Shown one piece after another: positions 40,801 to 52,365 of a stretch of 64,000 nt of DNA. The position numbers and the translations under genes were made by a program. The notes under the pieces are model-generated. The model ran no database searches, was not told the DNA's origin, and worked only from the letters and a program-made list of their open reading frames with translations. The stretch lies in contig NW_027558470.1 of NCBI RefSeq assembly GCF_052425735.1, positions 1-64,000 of the forward strand. Reading direction: 5' to 3'. The stretch is from Oculina patagonica. Taxonomy: Eukaryota. The first letter of the stretch is position 1, and every line of letters starts with the position of its first letter.

Positions 40801-43800
40801 CCTATTGTGGATAACTCCCTAGTGAAGTCATCTACTTTATAAGTTGATAAACGCATTAACATTTACCATACCGTACATGTATGTATATAATTACTGCTAA
40901 ATTGAACAATTCTTTTAAAAGTAGCTGAACTTGCAACACTTTACTGCTGTTACAGTTTCTGTTATTGTTAGTTATCTTAATATTTATTAAAGTTTTGTTT
41001 TGAACATTTGGTTATTTCTCGAAAAATTTAATTAGCGCCCTGTCGCGAATAAGCGCCCTATCTCGATTAAGCGCCCTCCCTTGAGGTGCAAAAAGTAAAT
41101 AAGCGCCCCGGCGCTAAATCGAATCATTACGGTAAATTGGGGTTTTTCTGAAAGTTTCATTCTTGATTTACTTGAAAGCGCTCTAACAGACTTTTCTACA
41201 ATTTCGTCAACATATAGTCAATCTACTAAACTTTAAAATATCAAAAATAAAAACCAAGGGTCAATCTAGATTCCAAGTAAATCAAGCTTGTTTAAGAACA
41301 AAAGAAAACGTCAATTGTTGCTATGATAACCTAGAGTTTGTGACTTAGTGAAGGGTAAAAAAATTAAAATTTGATCATATTTCATCATTATGGTGTATTT
41401 TGGCAAAAATCGAACATTGGCTTCCTAGATAATTTTAATTTTCAAAACAATTCACCCTTCGGCCAAAAAAACTACATCGATCAGCCTCCTTAAAATAAAG
41501 CCTGTTACTATCAGGTGCATGAAGCAGGCCCATAAGATGAACTCATTTTATGACTCATTTTCATGTGGTCAGAGTACAAAAAAATATGTGCGAAATGAGC
41601 ACAAAATTAATATCACATGATTATATGAATTATTTTGTTCTCCACAGGACATGCTTACAGTGTGATCACTGTAAGCAAAGTTATTTTGACTGGTCCTACA
41701 CGCTCACCTTAAACTCACTAAACATTGAAACGTAAATATTTTTATGGTATTTGTTGACAGGTATTTCTTCATTTAACACAGTTTTTCCATGGATTTTTGT
41801 GTGAAAACAAGAACATGTGCGTTGCTTAGTAACCAGGCATTCGATCGGAAGCAAAAATTGGACTGGGGCGAGAACGAACTGAAACAAAACAACATGCATT
41901 CTCACCTCCAATTAGCCCTTTTGTTTCTCTTAGCCGACTTGGCACGAGAAAACGGAGGGCTCTGGGGACATAGGATTTTTGAATTTATTTGAATTTTTTT
42001 GATTGGCTGTTTGGAACAAAGAATTCCTAAATGGAAGTCGAAAACGTAACAACTCTCTCATACATTCATTTGAAATGTCATGACTGCATACATGAAGACC
42101 GGAAGTCCTAGAATCTAGGACTGGAAATCCTGTGTCCCCAGAGCCCTTCGTTTCCTCGTGCCAAGGCTCAGCCGGCTAAGAGAAACGAAAGGGCTATGCG
42201 GGTGAGAATGAACAAGATGGAGGCATTTGGGTTTCGTGGCTATCCTATCGATAAAAAGAGATTTGGTAGTCATCAGTTGGAGATAAACTTGTTACATTAA
42301 GAGAGTTTCGTAAGTAGTTCTGCTAATTTGCCATCAAAGTGCTAAATGGGGAAGAAACAGAAGGCAATAGTTTGCATCTACCATACGAATACTCGTGTTT
42401 TTTTTCTCACTCGTGGTGTATCAATATTTATTCTGTTGAAAATATAGGCCATCGTCGACACTGCAAACAGTTTTTTGGGGCTGTCAAACTTGCAAAAGCA
42501 ATGACCAATACTCCCTTGTAGTTGAATTAAATATTAATTTGCATACCTTTCCATAAAAGTGTCAATTCACGAAAATTTTTGGCACCATTTCCAAATGTTC
42601 CCGCAGATAAGCTGCACCCTCGATTTCGAGGGAAGATGTTGGGAAAAAAAGGTGCGGCTTATCTGCGGGTTTTTCACGGAAATAAAAAGTAGAGAGATGC
42701 CTGGAATAAAAATTATTTTTTACCCCATGCTGATGTTTGAGTGAATTTTAAGTATGTGTTCCCAAGCTTATGCTTTACAGCATAGTCAAAGATGCTTGTA
42801 GAAAGTACTATTACTACCATTACAAAAAAAATTAAAAAGAATGACTTGAATACCACAATGACTTGCATCCATCCTGAAAGAAGAAGAGGAAGTTTCCCAC
42901 ATCTGGTGAATAGTTATCTTCTCTTTGGCATCCTTCCTCATATGAGATCAACTCTCCTTTGTATTCAAGTAAAAAGTCATTTTTCAAAAATGGCCTCGCT
43001 GTAAACACACCTCTCCCTGTAAAGATCACACAGTAAAGGTCATTCCCTTAAAATTATTTCAACATGTATACCCCTTGTGTTAAATCCAGTTTTGTTTGAT
43101 GAAAAGGTACAAGGGTACATATTCTTTATAAGGGTATGTTACCATTGTATATCATGGGCTCATAAACTCTGTTACAGCCCGTTTTTGATATATATACAGT
43201 ACTGTGCAAAAGTAATGCAAACAAAATTTGTTGACATTCATAACTTTTCGTGGCTTTTCGACAAAAAAATTGCAATATTTCGCTCAAAGCGAATTTGCGG
43301 CGAAAAAGTGGCCTTTTTCGCTTGGCCTATTGTGTAAAATGTCGTGAAATTTCGCGCAATAATTCGCTTGCTTCGAAATTGACTTGGAAAAATTCGTGTG
43401 AAAATTTGCTCTGTTCGAAATACTCCCTACAAAATTTTCTGCATTCAAATGTCTTTTGGCCTTTCTTAAAGCTATAGCTTTGCCCTGCTTCATGACTATA
43501 AAGTATGACTCTTTGAGGTGCTGCTATTCAAACGAAAAGACGATGACCATTGTTTTATGACAAATCGTTTTATTTTACTTTAAGCATTACCGGAGAAAGC
43601 CTTTAAAACTCGACCAAGCAATTAGCCCCCTACCCCAGTCTGTGATTCAAAGACAAAACTTGATTCCTCTTTTTCTCTGTTTAAGTGGCAAAGTTTATAC
43701 TCTTCTTTTCGATCGCACAAAAAAAATATACAGTAAAATTCCGGTTATAAGCCCTGGGCTTATACAACGTCATAAGGGTTTTTGGGCTTATATCCTGGAG

Positions 43801-46800
43801 GGCTTATAAGCGGAATAAAAAAAAAACGTCCCGTAACGGGCCACGGAAGTGTTGATCGAAATGCATTTTTAAGTTAAAAACGCATAATAAAGCAACATTT
43901 AGCCCTTTTCAGTACTCTCATCTGGCAGAGGGGTCTTATATCCGGGGAGGGGGCGGGGGCTTATAATCGGATGTATTTTTTTGTTTCCAGGTAGATGGGC
44001 CTATAATTTAACTAGAATTTTACGGTGAATCCGGGATACTGGAACCCAGACTTCCACGTGCCCGAAGTGTGTCAACAATCAACATGGCGAACAAGTCACA
44101 TGGGGAGCGTGTTGCTGGTGTATGTTTCACCATTTGTTTGATCCACTAGATCCAGGCAAAGAGTAGATATCGAGGTGGTGAAAGATTTTTACTTTCTCGA
44201 TATTTTTGCGTACAAAGTAGGCCGTACTTTACAAGGTAAGATGTTCAAAGAGTGTCTTGTACGATCAACATGTAAACTTTGTGCCCGCCATGTGCTTTCA
44301 TGTACAGCTGTAAACAAGAATCTAACTCTAGACAATTCGTTAGCTTGAATTATGTAGAGGTATAAATTAAGTTTTCTCATTTCCAAAAGGGGCTGAGGTG
44401 TTTTCAGTAGTACAACCTTAATCTGTTCAACCCTTGTCTTGTTTTCGAAGTAGGCTTCTAAAAACATTGGTATTGTGCTTGTTTATGTTGCAAATATAGC
44501 CTTTTCAGTCGTATACTTTGAAGTTTTAGAAACTTTTATGTCCCCCTAGCAATGTTTTAGTTATATTTTACTTTGTTGAGGCTGAAATAATTTATTTTAT
44601 TGTTATGAACTTGATGGAACGCGCTTCACGTTAGTTTATGAAAATGTCGAACGAAAGTTACATGCAGCGAATTTCGCTGCTTCAAATTTCGATAAGTCAT
44701 TGTTTGTCTACCTCAAAAATTCGCTATTTCGAATTTCGTTGTCTCGAATTTTCGACGAACTTCGCGATTTTTTCGCGTGGACCACAACGAAATGTGTCTC
44801 GATAATTCGAAGAAATTTCTCCAAAAATTCGCGAGAACAAAAAACGAATTTCGACGAATTTTGTTTGCACTACTTTTGCACAGTACTGTATTTTTTATAA
44901 ATAATACTATTAACATTTGTAAGTGATTTTGAGATGGTAACACAGAAATATATCATTTGGTGGCTAGTTGGGAGAAAATATAAAACTGTATTCCATATTA
45001 AGCAGAGCTGCATAGCAACAAAACCCAAAACGTAGAAAATTATTTTATTTCTCCTAATGTTGTCTGAAAGTGGCAATAAACTGTGTTGCAGTTCAATCAT
45101 CCTTTGAGAAACTAGAAAGGAAATGTTATGCTGTTGTAAAAAATTTGTTAACTTGCCAAGAGTTACCAATATGAAATTGAATGTAGACTACATGAATACT
45201 TAGCTAGCATGCATAACAGTATAACAGTGTTTGACTGTGAAAAGGAATTAAATCACTTGTGGTTCGAGTTATCAGGAGGTTTGAGAAATCGGGATTCCTG
45301 TTAAGGTGATTCCCTAGTATTGCATTGCGCATCCCTTCGGTAGCGTTCCTTTTTTGCAATGGTAATTCCATATATAGGATTCTCTGATTCTTAAACAAAA
45401 CTGGACCTCTAGCTTCTTTTCTCCAAGTTTTAGGGAGTTTAAATTCGAACACGCGGTTTGGGACTGGCACTTGTTATGCGCGCAATGTCAATTTTTTCAA
45501 AGCAGACCTGTGTTCCCCTCTTAAAGATTCACCATTTATTCTGCCGGTCAGCATCAACTTTCGAGCGATGAACATATCAATCACACAGAGAACTTTGCTC
45601 GAAGTTAACGTTGTTGAGCTGCAAGCGAATTTTCTTCTAGTTAGGGGCGAATTATCACGAATTATCACTGAGGTAAGGAAAATTCGAAGAAATATCGGCC
45701 TTTGTTCTTGCGAAATTTAGCTTGAAATGATGTGAACTTTTTGCATGACTTTTCGAGCGAAATTTCGCGAGAACAAAGAAAGAAATTTGTGCTTTTCGGT
45801 TGCATTACTTTTTCACAATACTGTAGCAATACAACATTTTTTCAAAGCAGGTGCTCCCCTCTAAAAGATTCACCATTTAGCAATACAAAACACTACAAAA
45901 TGGCTTTCCACCGAAAATCATCTTCAGCGATCCTTTAGCAACTGCTCTAGATCTGTACTTAATAAGGACACCCGTTAAGTGCTCAAGAATGAGGTATTTT
46001 ACAATTATTCTACGAACCAAGGTTTTTATGGTTGACTCTACAAAATCACAATACATACCTATGTACTTGTCAATGAACCTCTCCTCAAAGCCCTCTTGGT
46101 CTTCACCTGTAGTTAACTGCTCTGGTAGAAGTTTCCTCTAAAATACAAGTGATTACCGGTATATATAATTACACGGGCTGCACAGAGGGAGGGGCTAGGG
46201 GGGCTTTAGCCCCCCTCCACACACACAGACAGACACACTTTTTTACAGAAAAAAAAATATACCGTAATCTTAATAAGTAAAAAACAAACAAACAAATCAA
46301 AGGGTCTAAAACTATTTTGTATGATGAAGTACATGTATGAGCAGCATTATGTGCAGAAAAGATGAAAGCACTGGTGGTGTTCCATAAAATCTATCTCTTC
46401 TTTAAACCTCTTAAAATAACCGGCACGCATACATGCATGCACAGGCGATGACGCTTTACAATGTTGATCCCAGAAATTGCATTTTTTATTTATTTTAATT
46501 TTTGATTTGCTTTAACTACAAAACGAACTTGCAATACATTACATACGTACATTATAATAAAATAAGCACATTTAATTATTATGAACTTCATTATTTGGCA
46601 ACAGAAAGGCCCAGGATTGATTTCCACACAAAGTCGATACTGAAGATTGTGTGACATTTTTTCGTATTGAAATGTAATCAAGTCAACACCGCTAACAAGA
46701 ATCACTTAAATGTATTCATGCAACTTATCAAACAAAACATTTTAGATCAGCTAAATCAGCAATTGGGTAGAAATTCTTTTAGAATTCTGGCTTCTCATAC

Positions 46801-49800
46801 ACATAGGAATACGGATACCGTCACTGTTTTATTTTTAATGGCTTGAGATCAATATTATCTAAAACAGAAAAAGGAAGATATCGATGGCGAGTCGCGAAGG
46901 AAAGGGGAAATAACATTAACCTAAACTTACATTATTATCGATAACAATGCACGCCAAAACAAACAAAGATTAGATAGCTCACCTTTGCAATCTAATCAAG
47001 ATACTGCCATCGGTTGGCCTTTTTATACTAGAACGGTCTCAAAAGTTATGACACTAAACGGTTTTCACTCGTCAAATTCTTATCGCATATGCCGATTTTG
47101 ATGAATACACGTACAACGGTTAAAAAGTTCTGTAAGCAGTACATCATTCTCTCCTGACCCCATACCTCCGTTCCACTGTAGAAATCAAACGCGTTTTGCA
47201 TGATGTACGCTATGTTGATTCATAATCATGACAATCAAAGATGGCATACCGAAACTGAGTAAACAATCAAAGTGCATAGTTCCCAGTGCTACCCGGTTGG
47301 AGTAATCGTAACATTGCCCGTCCACGGGCGACAACATATAGGCGTCACCACCTAATTACACTCAAATCACTGCCCCAATTCTGCAATACAATAATGTATT
47401 TATAGTAAAACGAACTCAACCGGGCCACCCAACGTTTTTTAGCCAATCACAAGACAAGTTCAAAACAAAAGAATTGGAAGGGCAATTTTAACTCTTCTCT
47501 TGACTAGATTCGGTGCGAAGGCATGCTAAAGTGTTGTTTTTACGACAAAAAATATAATTTTGTTCAGTTCGTTAACGGAATGAATGAAAGTCTGCCGGTA
47601 ATTTGGAACATTGGATGGAATCAACGTAAATAAGTTTACCAAATGACGGCCGGGAATTTTGAAGACTGAACGGACTCAACGAAAACTTACCGAATCATGG
47701 CCTGGAATGAAGACAAAACGGACTCAACATAAATTCGTTTACCGAACTGACACGGCCTTTTCTTACATTTAGATAATTTTAGAGACTTACAAATTTCTTA
47801 TCTTGTACTTTTGTTGTGGTACGGAAAAAGCAAGTGGCATTTTCGAGGAGAGTGTACCGGAGATCACTCAAATGTAACACATGCCATCAAAATAATCTGA
47901 TTTGAAATGTTGAAATTTGTCCCGCAAAATTTGTGATATTAGCCCAGTTTTGAGAATTATAATAAACAAGGATCTTTTGAATGAAATGTTGGGTCTTTTC
48001 TATTGTCTGTTGTTTCCAGTTAGGGCCTTTAAAAAAAATGATTTTGATCCCCCGGGCAGAAGGGGGGATCAAAATTTTTTGCCATCCGTCGGGGGGGGGG
48101 GGGGGGGTGTATTTTTTCTGGAATAACCCAATGCTCTAGACACATGAACACATTGCGGAACTATGTGTTACGTTAGCTCAATGTATTGTTATACTGTATT
48201 AGAAAGCAGGGAGGGCAAGGGTTTAACAAACGGGCAGGTACGCACATTATCTTTTTTCCCCTCTTATGTGTTTTTTCATCCTTCCTTCTCCCCTCCCAAG
48301 GCATGGCATATTCCCTCACATGATTTAATTCCAATTTGCAAAGCCAAGACTGTATTTAATCCTGCAGCATGAAATTTGCCAACAAATGACTAAAATTCTG
48401 GAAATACTTGACCTTTAAATTGTATTCCTTGACACTATGTATTCTCTTCAGGAAGTTAATTTCCAGGTTTCTGATAGGTATGAAAAATATGTGTAATTAT
48501 ATATAATGAATATGACAAATATAATGATTGTATTTTTTTTAAAAAATAGGTTCAGTTCTTTTATCTGTAAATTTGAATGACACATAGACAACAAAGGTCA
48601 AAGTACATGAATAACTGAACACATGTAGCAAGAAAGACAACTTTATGGACCATGACTTTTAAGACTAAAATTTTATAGTCATAAGGATGCATGCTCTTGA
48701 CATAGCTGATAACTATCTCATCACTATTTCACTGAGTTTTACATTTGCCAACATTAATTTTCATCAGTTATGCATTGGTCAGCAGAATTACAAAAAAAGT
48801 TTACGACCCACCGACTGGAACGTTTGAGCGAAAAAATTACTAAAAAATATATTCATTTGTGAACACCTTTCCAAATAAAAAGCTGGTGATAAATTGTCTA
48901 CAATGTAGTACGTTTTGTAGTTGTACTGAGCAAATTATGTAAGATATATTATTATAATTTACAAGGGGCAGTCTTTGATACTTTGAATTCAACATTATTG
49001 TTGCTAAACACACTTTGACTTAACGGAATGGAAAAAAATCATGACTTCTTTTAAAGATGCTAGTGTAAATTAGTGCCAAAACTTCTCTTTCTATGGAAAA
49101 AATGTTTTTCAGTCTGTTCTTTCTTTATGAATGTTCATTATTGTCAGGTTGTTAAATCTCTCTAACATCACTGTTGAGTGAAAATATGTTTTTATTCTTC
49201 ATGCGGGGGAAACTGAACGATCGTTCACCAAATGCACTTGTTACTAGATTTACCAATTTAAGCTTGCAAACCATGATTACATGTTGTTACTTAAATTATC
49301 CTTTACAAACTAAATAGAAACTTAATTTCTACTACAGTAGGTTCAAATCAGCTTAGTGAGAGGTAAATTTTTCAATTTTCAAAGGATGTGCCAAGTGATC
49401 AACATGTACTTGATTAAGTGATTATTGATAACAAAGTTTTAGAAATTGCAATTAAAAGTCGCTCAAACGTTCCAGTTGTGACGTCAAAAAGTGCACAAAA
49501 TTTAGAGAAGGTATTCCTTATGACTATAAAATTTTAGTCTTAAAAGTCATGGTCCATAAAGTTGTCTTTCTTGCTACATGTGTTCAGTTATTCATGTACT
49601 TGGACCTTTGTTGTCTATGTGTCATTCAAATTTACAGATAAAAGAACTGAACCTATTTTTTTTAAAAATACAATCGTTATATTTGTCATATGCATTATAT
49701 ATAATTACACATATTTTTCATACCTATCAGAAACCTGGAAATTAACTTCCTGAAGAGAATACATAGTGTCAAGGAATACAATTTAAAGGTCAAGTATTTC

Positions 49801-51413
49801 CAGAATTTGTAGTAAATAATAAAGATGGTAGATTTTAAGCTCGGTGATAAACAGTGAAGAAATTATTCTACATGACACGAGCGTGGGACAAAGAAAAAAA
49901 TCTGAGTCCCCGACGGGAATCGAACCCATGGCCTCCCAGATACTGGTTGGGCGCTCTAACCAACTGAGCTACGTAAGACTCGCTGTGAGCTAGGCCATTT
50001 ACTAGGTTGATAAGTGACACGCGTCCTGCATACTGCTAGGATCAGCAATGTCGAAATCATCAAATTTGTAGTAAATAATAAAGACGGTAGATTTTAAGCT
50101 CGGTGATAAATAGTGAAGAAATTATTCTACATGACACGAGCGTGGGACAAAGAAAAAAATCTGAGTCCCCGACGGGAATCGAACCCATGGCCTCCCAGAT
50201 ACCGGTTGGGCGCTCTAACCAACTGAGCTACGTGAGACTCGCTGTGAGCTAGGCCATTTACTAGGTTGATACGAATTTTAGTCATTTGTTGGCAAATTTC
50301 ATGCTGCAGGATTAAATACAGTCTTGGCTTTGCAAATTGGAATTAAATCATGTGAGGGAATATGCCATGCCATGTCAGAATATATAGAGAGACTGACAGT
50401 TATTAGTAACAATCACTTGCACACATTTCAAGTCCTGCAGTTTATTTCCTTGTGGAGGTTAAAGGGACTATGTCACCCAAATTTATATTTGTGTCACAGG
50501 AAACCTAAAAATAATAGTCCATTTTTATTAAAACTTGGTATATTAGAGCACTTAAACTGTTAACGAGCATCTTTGGCTGCCGATGGCTCCGATGGAAACA
50601 GGCCATGAATATGCCATAGAAAGACCATGAAAATCAATGATAAAATCATTGGGTTTTAAAGTAGGATATTCATTTTGCTTGTGTGCCTTCCCCTACCCCA
50701 TAAAAAAAGGTGGAGAACCATTGAATATTGAGGGTTAACTTTCACGAGCCATGAATTCATAGGCCATAGGAAGACCATGAAAATTCCATCAATTTACCAT
50801 AAATAAAATCAACAAATATACATGAGCTCTGGTTTCTTTGGGTACATGTTGAAGAAATGAATAAATTCTAAAAAATGTGGAAATTGCATATATTATTGAA
50901 ATTCCATGATTTTTTTTATTTGTACTCAATCGAATCAGGAGCCCAAAAGCGAGTGGCAATTTTCATAACCTGTTGAATGAATGTCAATTGTGTGCAACCC
51001 CAGTGCACCCTTTATATTACTCCACATTGTTCAATTCTAACTATTCAAATCATGACTGGCATCTTAAAAGCTCTTTGACATTCCGTGACAGAATGAAGCG
51101 TACCTTTGATCATTTGATGCATTCCTAGCATGTACAAATGAGTTGCCTATTGAATTTTTTTTATGAAAACAAGCAAAACCAGTATTGAAGTGTGTTGACA
51201 ATTCACATGTAGGCCTGACACACCCCTAACAAATTTCAAAACTAACTTTTCGCATGGAAAACTCAAATCAAAGAAAAATCAAGAGATATTCATTACTTTC
51301 TTTTGAGCAATAGATAATGCTTTCTGAATACCATAAGAGAACTAAGGACTACAAAAAGCAACCTTTATAAAATGTATACTCACAGACTGCAAGCATCTTT
51401 TCCTCCCTGCCAT
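17145..51413 (-). CDS. Multi-exon SET-domain / tyrosine-recombinase fusion protein (Crypton-like), 1234 aa (1381 aa with the GC-donor exon array)
   Basis: Hand-spliced GT-AG exons with matching phases: 51384-51413, 46059-46137, 42854-43016, 39895-40091, 36853-37053, 36162-36221, 32003-32041, 31079-31218, 30487-30685, 27786-29049, 25478-25950, 25026-25067, 24360-24410, 23841-23903, 23567-23608, 22909-22959, 22405-22467, 21915-21977, 19536-19673, 19386-19448, 18000-18056, 17145-17371 = 3705 nt with no internal stop. Junctions rebuild conserved motifs (DKYI-GRGVF, KSLC-LDAS, LIKR-LDMVEIKGKRG). The small linker exons are less certain than the domain exons. Confidence 0.8.
18409..18580. mobile_element. 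Short piggyBac-like MITE
   Basis: TTAA|CCCTTTTACCCC ... GGGTTAAAAGG|TTAA, imperfect TIR. Confidence 0.45.
20305..20482 (-). mobile_element. Truncated SINE body
   Basis: CCCCTGGATGGGATGCTAGTC...GGTTACCCCCAGCA...GGTACCCATTTATACACCTGGGTG resembles a common cnidarian SINE central domain (recognised from memory). Confidence 0.5.
21598..22614. repeat. ~500-bp tandem duplication carrying a 63-nt exon
   Basis: CTTTCAATAGCAT(C/T)TCTGCCATGGAAA at 21598, 22098 and 22588; units nearly identical. Confidence 0.9.
22218..25110. repeat. ~1.44-kb tandem duplication carrying three exons
   Basis: 22218-23651 repeats as 23652-25110; junction GGAGTATTC|GGGCCAGTATTCC. Confidence 0.9.
25478..29049 (-). CDS. Tyrosine recombinase region (exons 27786-29049 and 25478-25950)
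   Basis: Zn fingers CFYC..HLENCH and CPYC..HAKKC. Catalytic set: R (FNKRRGGE), K (KGKRGRKV), xxxR (TKLRKY), H (HLGH), Y (RDFYRL). Confidence 0.9.
25978..26502. mobile_element. Tc1/mariner-type MITE in the YR intron
   Basis: TA|CTGTATTTACTTGAATAAGCGCCGC ... GCGGCGTTTATTCGAGTAAATACGG|TA. Confidence 0.8.
26863..27070. repeat. ~45-bp tandem repeat (AACGGGCGACCAAGTCGTTCGAACGAGTGGA)
   Basis: Four to five degenerate units. Confidence 0.75.
29500..29910 (-). pseudogene. Decayed Penelope-like GIY-YIG endonuclease fragment
   Basis: Minus strand has CAGCGWCYVGETSQCFETRKKEH and RKTLEAWHT...NNNSKPIPNQY in different frames; next to (AAT)n at 29911-29968. Confidence 0.75.
33081..33954. repeat. 435-bp near-perfect tandem duplication (intronic)
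   Basis: 33081-33515 repeats at 33516-33950 with ATGT microhomology at the junctions. Confidence 0.9.
36329..36804. mobile_element. Tc1/mariner-type MITE
   Basis: TA|CAGTAGAACCCCTATTAAGTGGCCACC ... GGTGGCCAGTTAATGGGGGTTCTACTG|TA. Confidence 0.8.
36853..37053 (-). CDS. Cys8 zinc-finger exon of the SET-YR gene
   Basis: CYTC-x8-CIKC-x4-C-x4-C-...-CKNC; phase-1 symmetric exon of 201 nt. Confidence 0.7.
37390..39750 (-). repeat. Minisatellite (~167-bp full and ~126-bp deleted units) whose full units contain a 63-nt candidate exon
   Basis: Full exons at 37701-37763, 38245-38307, 38845-38907, 39018-39080, 39185-39247, 39352-39414, 39519-39581; four shorter units lack the donor half. Confidence 0.85.
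37512..37616. mobile_element. Tiny TA-flanked MITE
   Basis: TA|CCGTAAAAACCCGCAGATAAGCCGCACC ... GGTGCGGCTTATCCACGGGTATTTACGG|TA. Confidence 0.75.
39895..46137 (-). CDS. SET domain (PR-Set7/KMT5A-like), exons 46059-46137, 42854-43016, 39895-40091
   Basis: GRGVFT..F.KNDFLLEYKGELI...FLFFF...CLDA...LGRLVND...N...LYALKDIAVGEELRYDYG..LPWR. Confidence 0.9.
40192..41425. mobile_element. Kolobok-like long-TIR element with nested TA MITE (40637-41132)
   Basis: TTAA|GGAAGCCAATGTTCAATTTTTGCCAAAATACACCA matched by TGGTGTATTTTGGCAAAAATCGAACATTGGCTTCC; arms ~250 bp. Nested CCGTGATGATTCGATT / AATCGAATCATTACGG with ATAAGCGCCC repeats. Confidence 0.7.
41897..42210. mobile_element. Mutator-like MITE
   Basis: ~85-bp TIRs CATTCTCACC... 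/ ...GGTGAGAATG; 9-bp TSD AACAACATG / AACAAGATG (1 mismatch). Confidence 0.75.
43197..44888. mobile_element. Non-autonomous Tc1-like element with nested MITE (~43731-44026)
   Basis: TA|CAGTACTGTGCAAAAGTAATGCAAACAAAATT ... AATTTTGTTTGCACTACTTTTGCACAGTACTG|TA. Confidence 0.85.
48300..50371. mobile_element. Foldback element with ~390-bp near-identical inverted arms; right arm split by a SINE
   Basis: 48300-48687 is the reverse complement of 49515-49808 joined to 50273-50371. Confidence 0.85.
49809..50272 (-). mobile_element. Tandem dimer of a tRNA-derived SINE-like unit (~259 bp)
   Basis: tRNA-like heads at 49904-49981 and 50163-50240 with A box TAGCTCAGTTGG, B box GGTTCGATTCC and acceptor-like stem GAGTC../..GACTC; TSD GAATTT (49803-49808, 50273-50278). 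Confidence 0.8.
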
Positions 51414-52365
51414 TCCCTGGCCAAAACTGAAGTTTCACAAGATTGAAGCTAGGTACAAACAATACCAAGAATTAATACAAGCATCCAAATTTAAGGTTGA
51501 ATTCACATCATGCAGCAAAAGAAGGGTTCAATACCTTCAGCAGGTACTGCACCGACTTGCACTGTCACACTGTACAATCTGAAACACTCCCCCAAGATAT
51601 ATGTGATATGGAAAACAAATAGAGCCTTCCAAATATGGGAGGAATACACCCACACTCTCATTAGTCATTGGTTGTTGATGAGAAAAGTTTTTTTGGGCTT
51701 GCTGTGTAATATTCTATTTCCATTCCTGAATACCTGTCCTGTCCCAAATATTCAAATTCTTCATGTTAGAAACAAAAAAGAAAATTTAAGACATAAAAAC
51801 TGACAAACTGGCAAACATGTATAATAGCTAATGTCCATTTCTTAGCTAATCATTTTTCTTATCAACTCTCAGAAAATACATATATAGTTCCATGAATCTA
51901 CTAACTCATGGAATACAAAAGTGCTGTATCCTTTTTCTTGAATTCCGTGGTGAAGGTGGAATTTTAAAAACATGCTGTCCCCACAATTAAACAGGAAGAG
52001 ACACTAATGGGTTGCTATTATATGCCGCAAGTTAAATATATGTACAACATTGTATAACTTCCATTCAGTAACATAAAAGGCTTTAATTTAACATGTAATG
52101 GCTTGTGTTTCCACTGCTGTTTATTTACTATTTAAACTCCAAGTTAAGAGTAACTATACAAAGCTAATGACTTCATTAAACTTCCTCATAATTGCTTTAC
52201 ACAAATGCTTTCGAGTCTCCACTATAAAATGCACACAAATGACTCACTAATTGAAAGGTCAGTGGTTAATTTATAACAATTCCTACAAACAGCCTTGAGG
52301 CTATAATTCCATTTTTGCCAATAAAAGCCGCTACATCTTAAAAATAAAGTATACTGTAGCTGGTC

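Noticed and set aside
49904-50240. Two tRNA genes
   Set aside because: A and B boxes are present, but the anticodon arm is irregular and both sit in identical ~259-bp tandem units with a TSD; treated as SINE heads.
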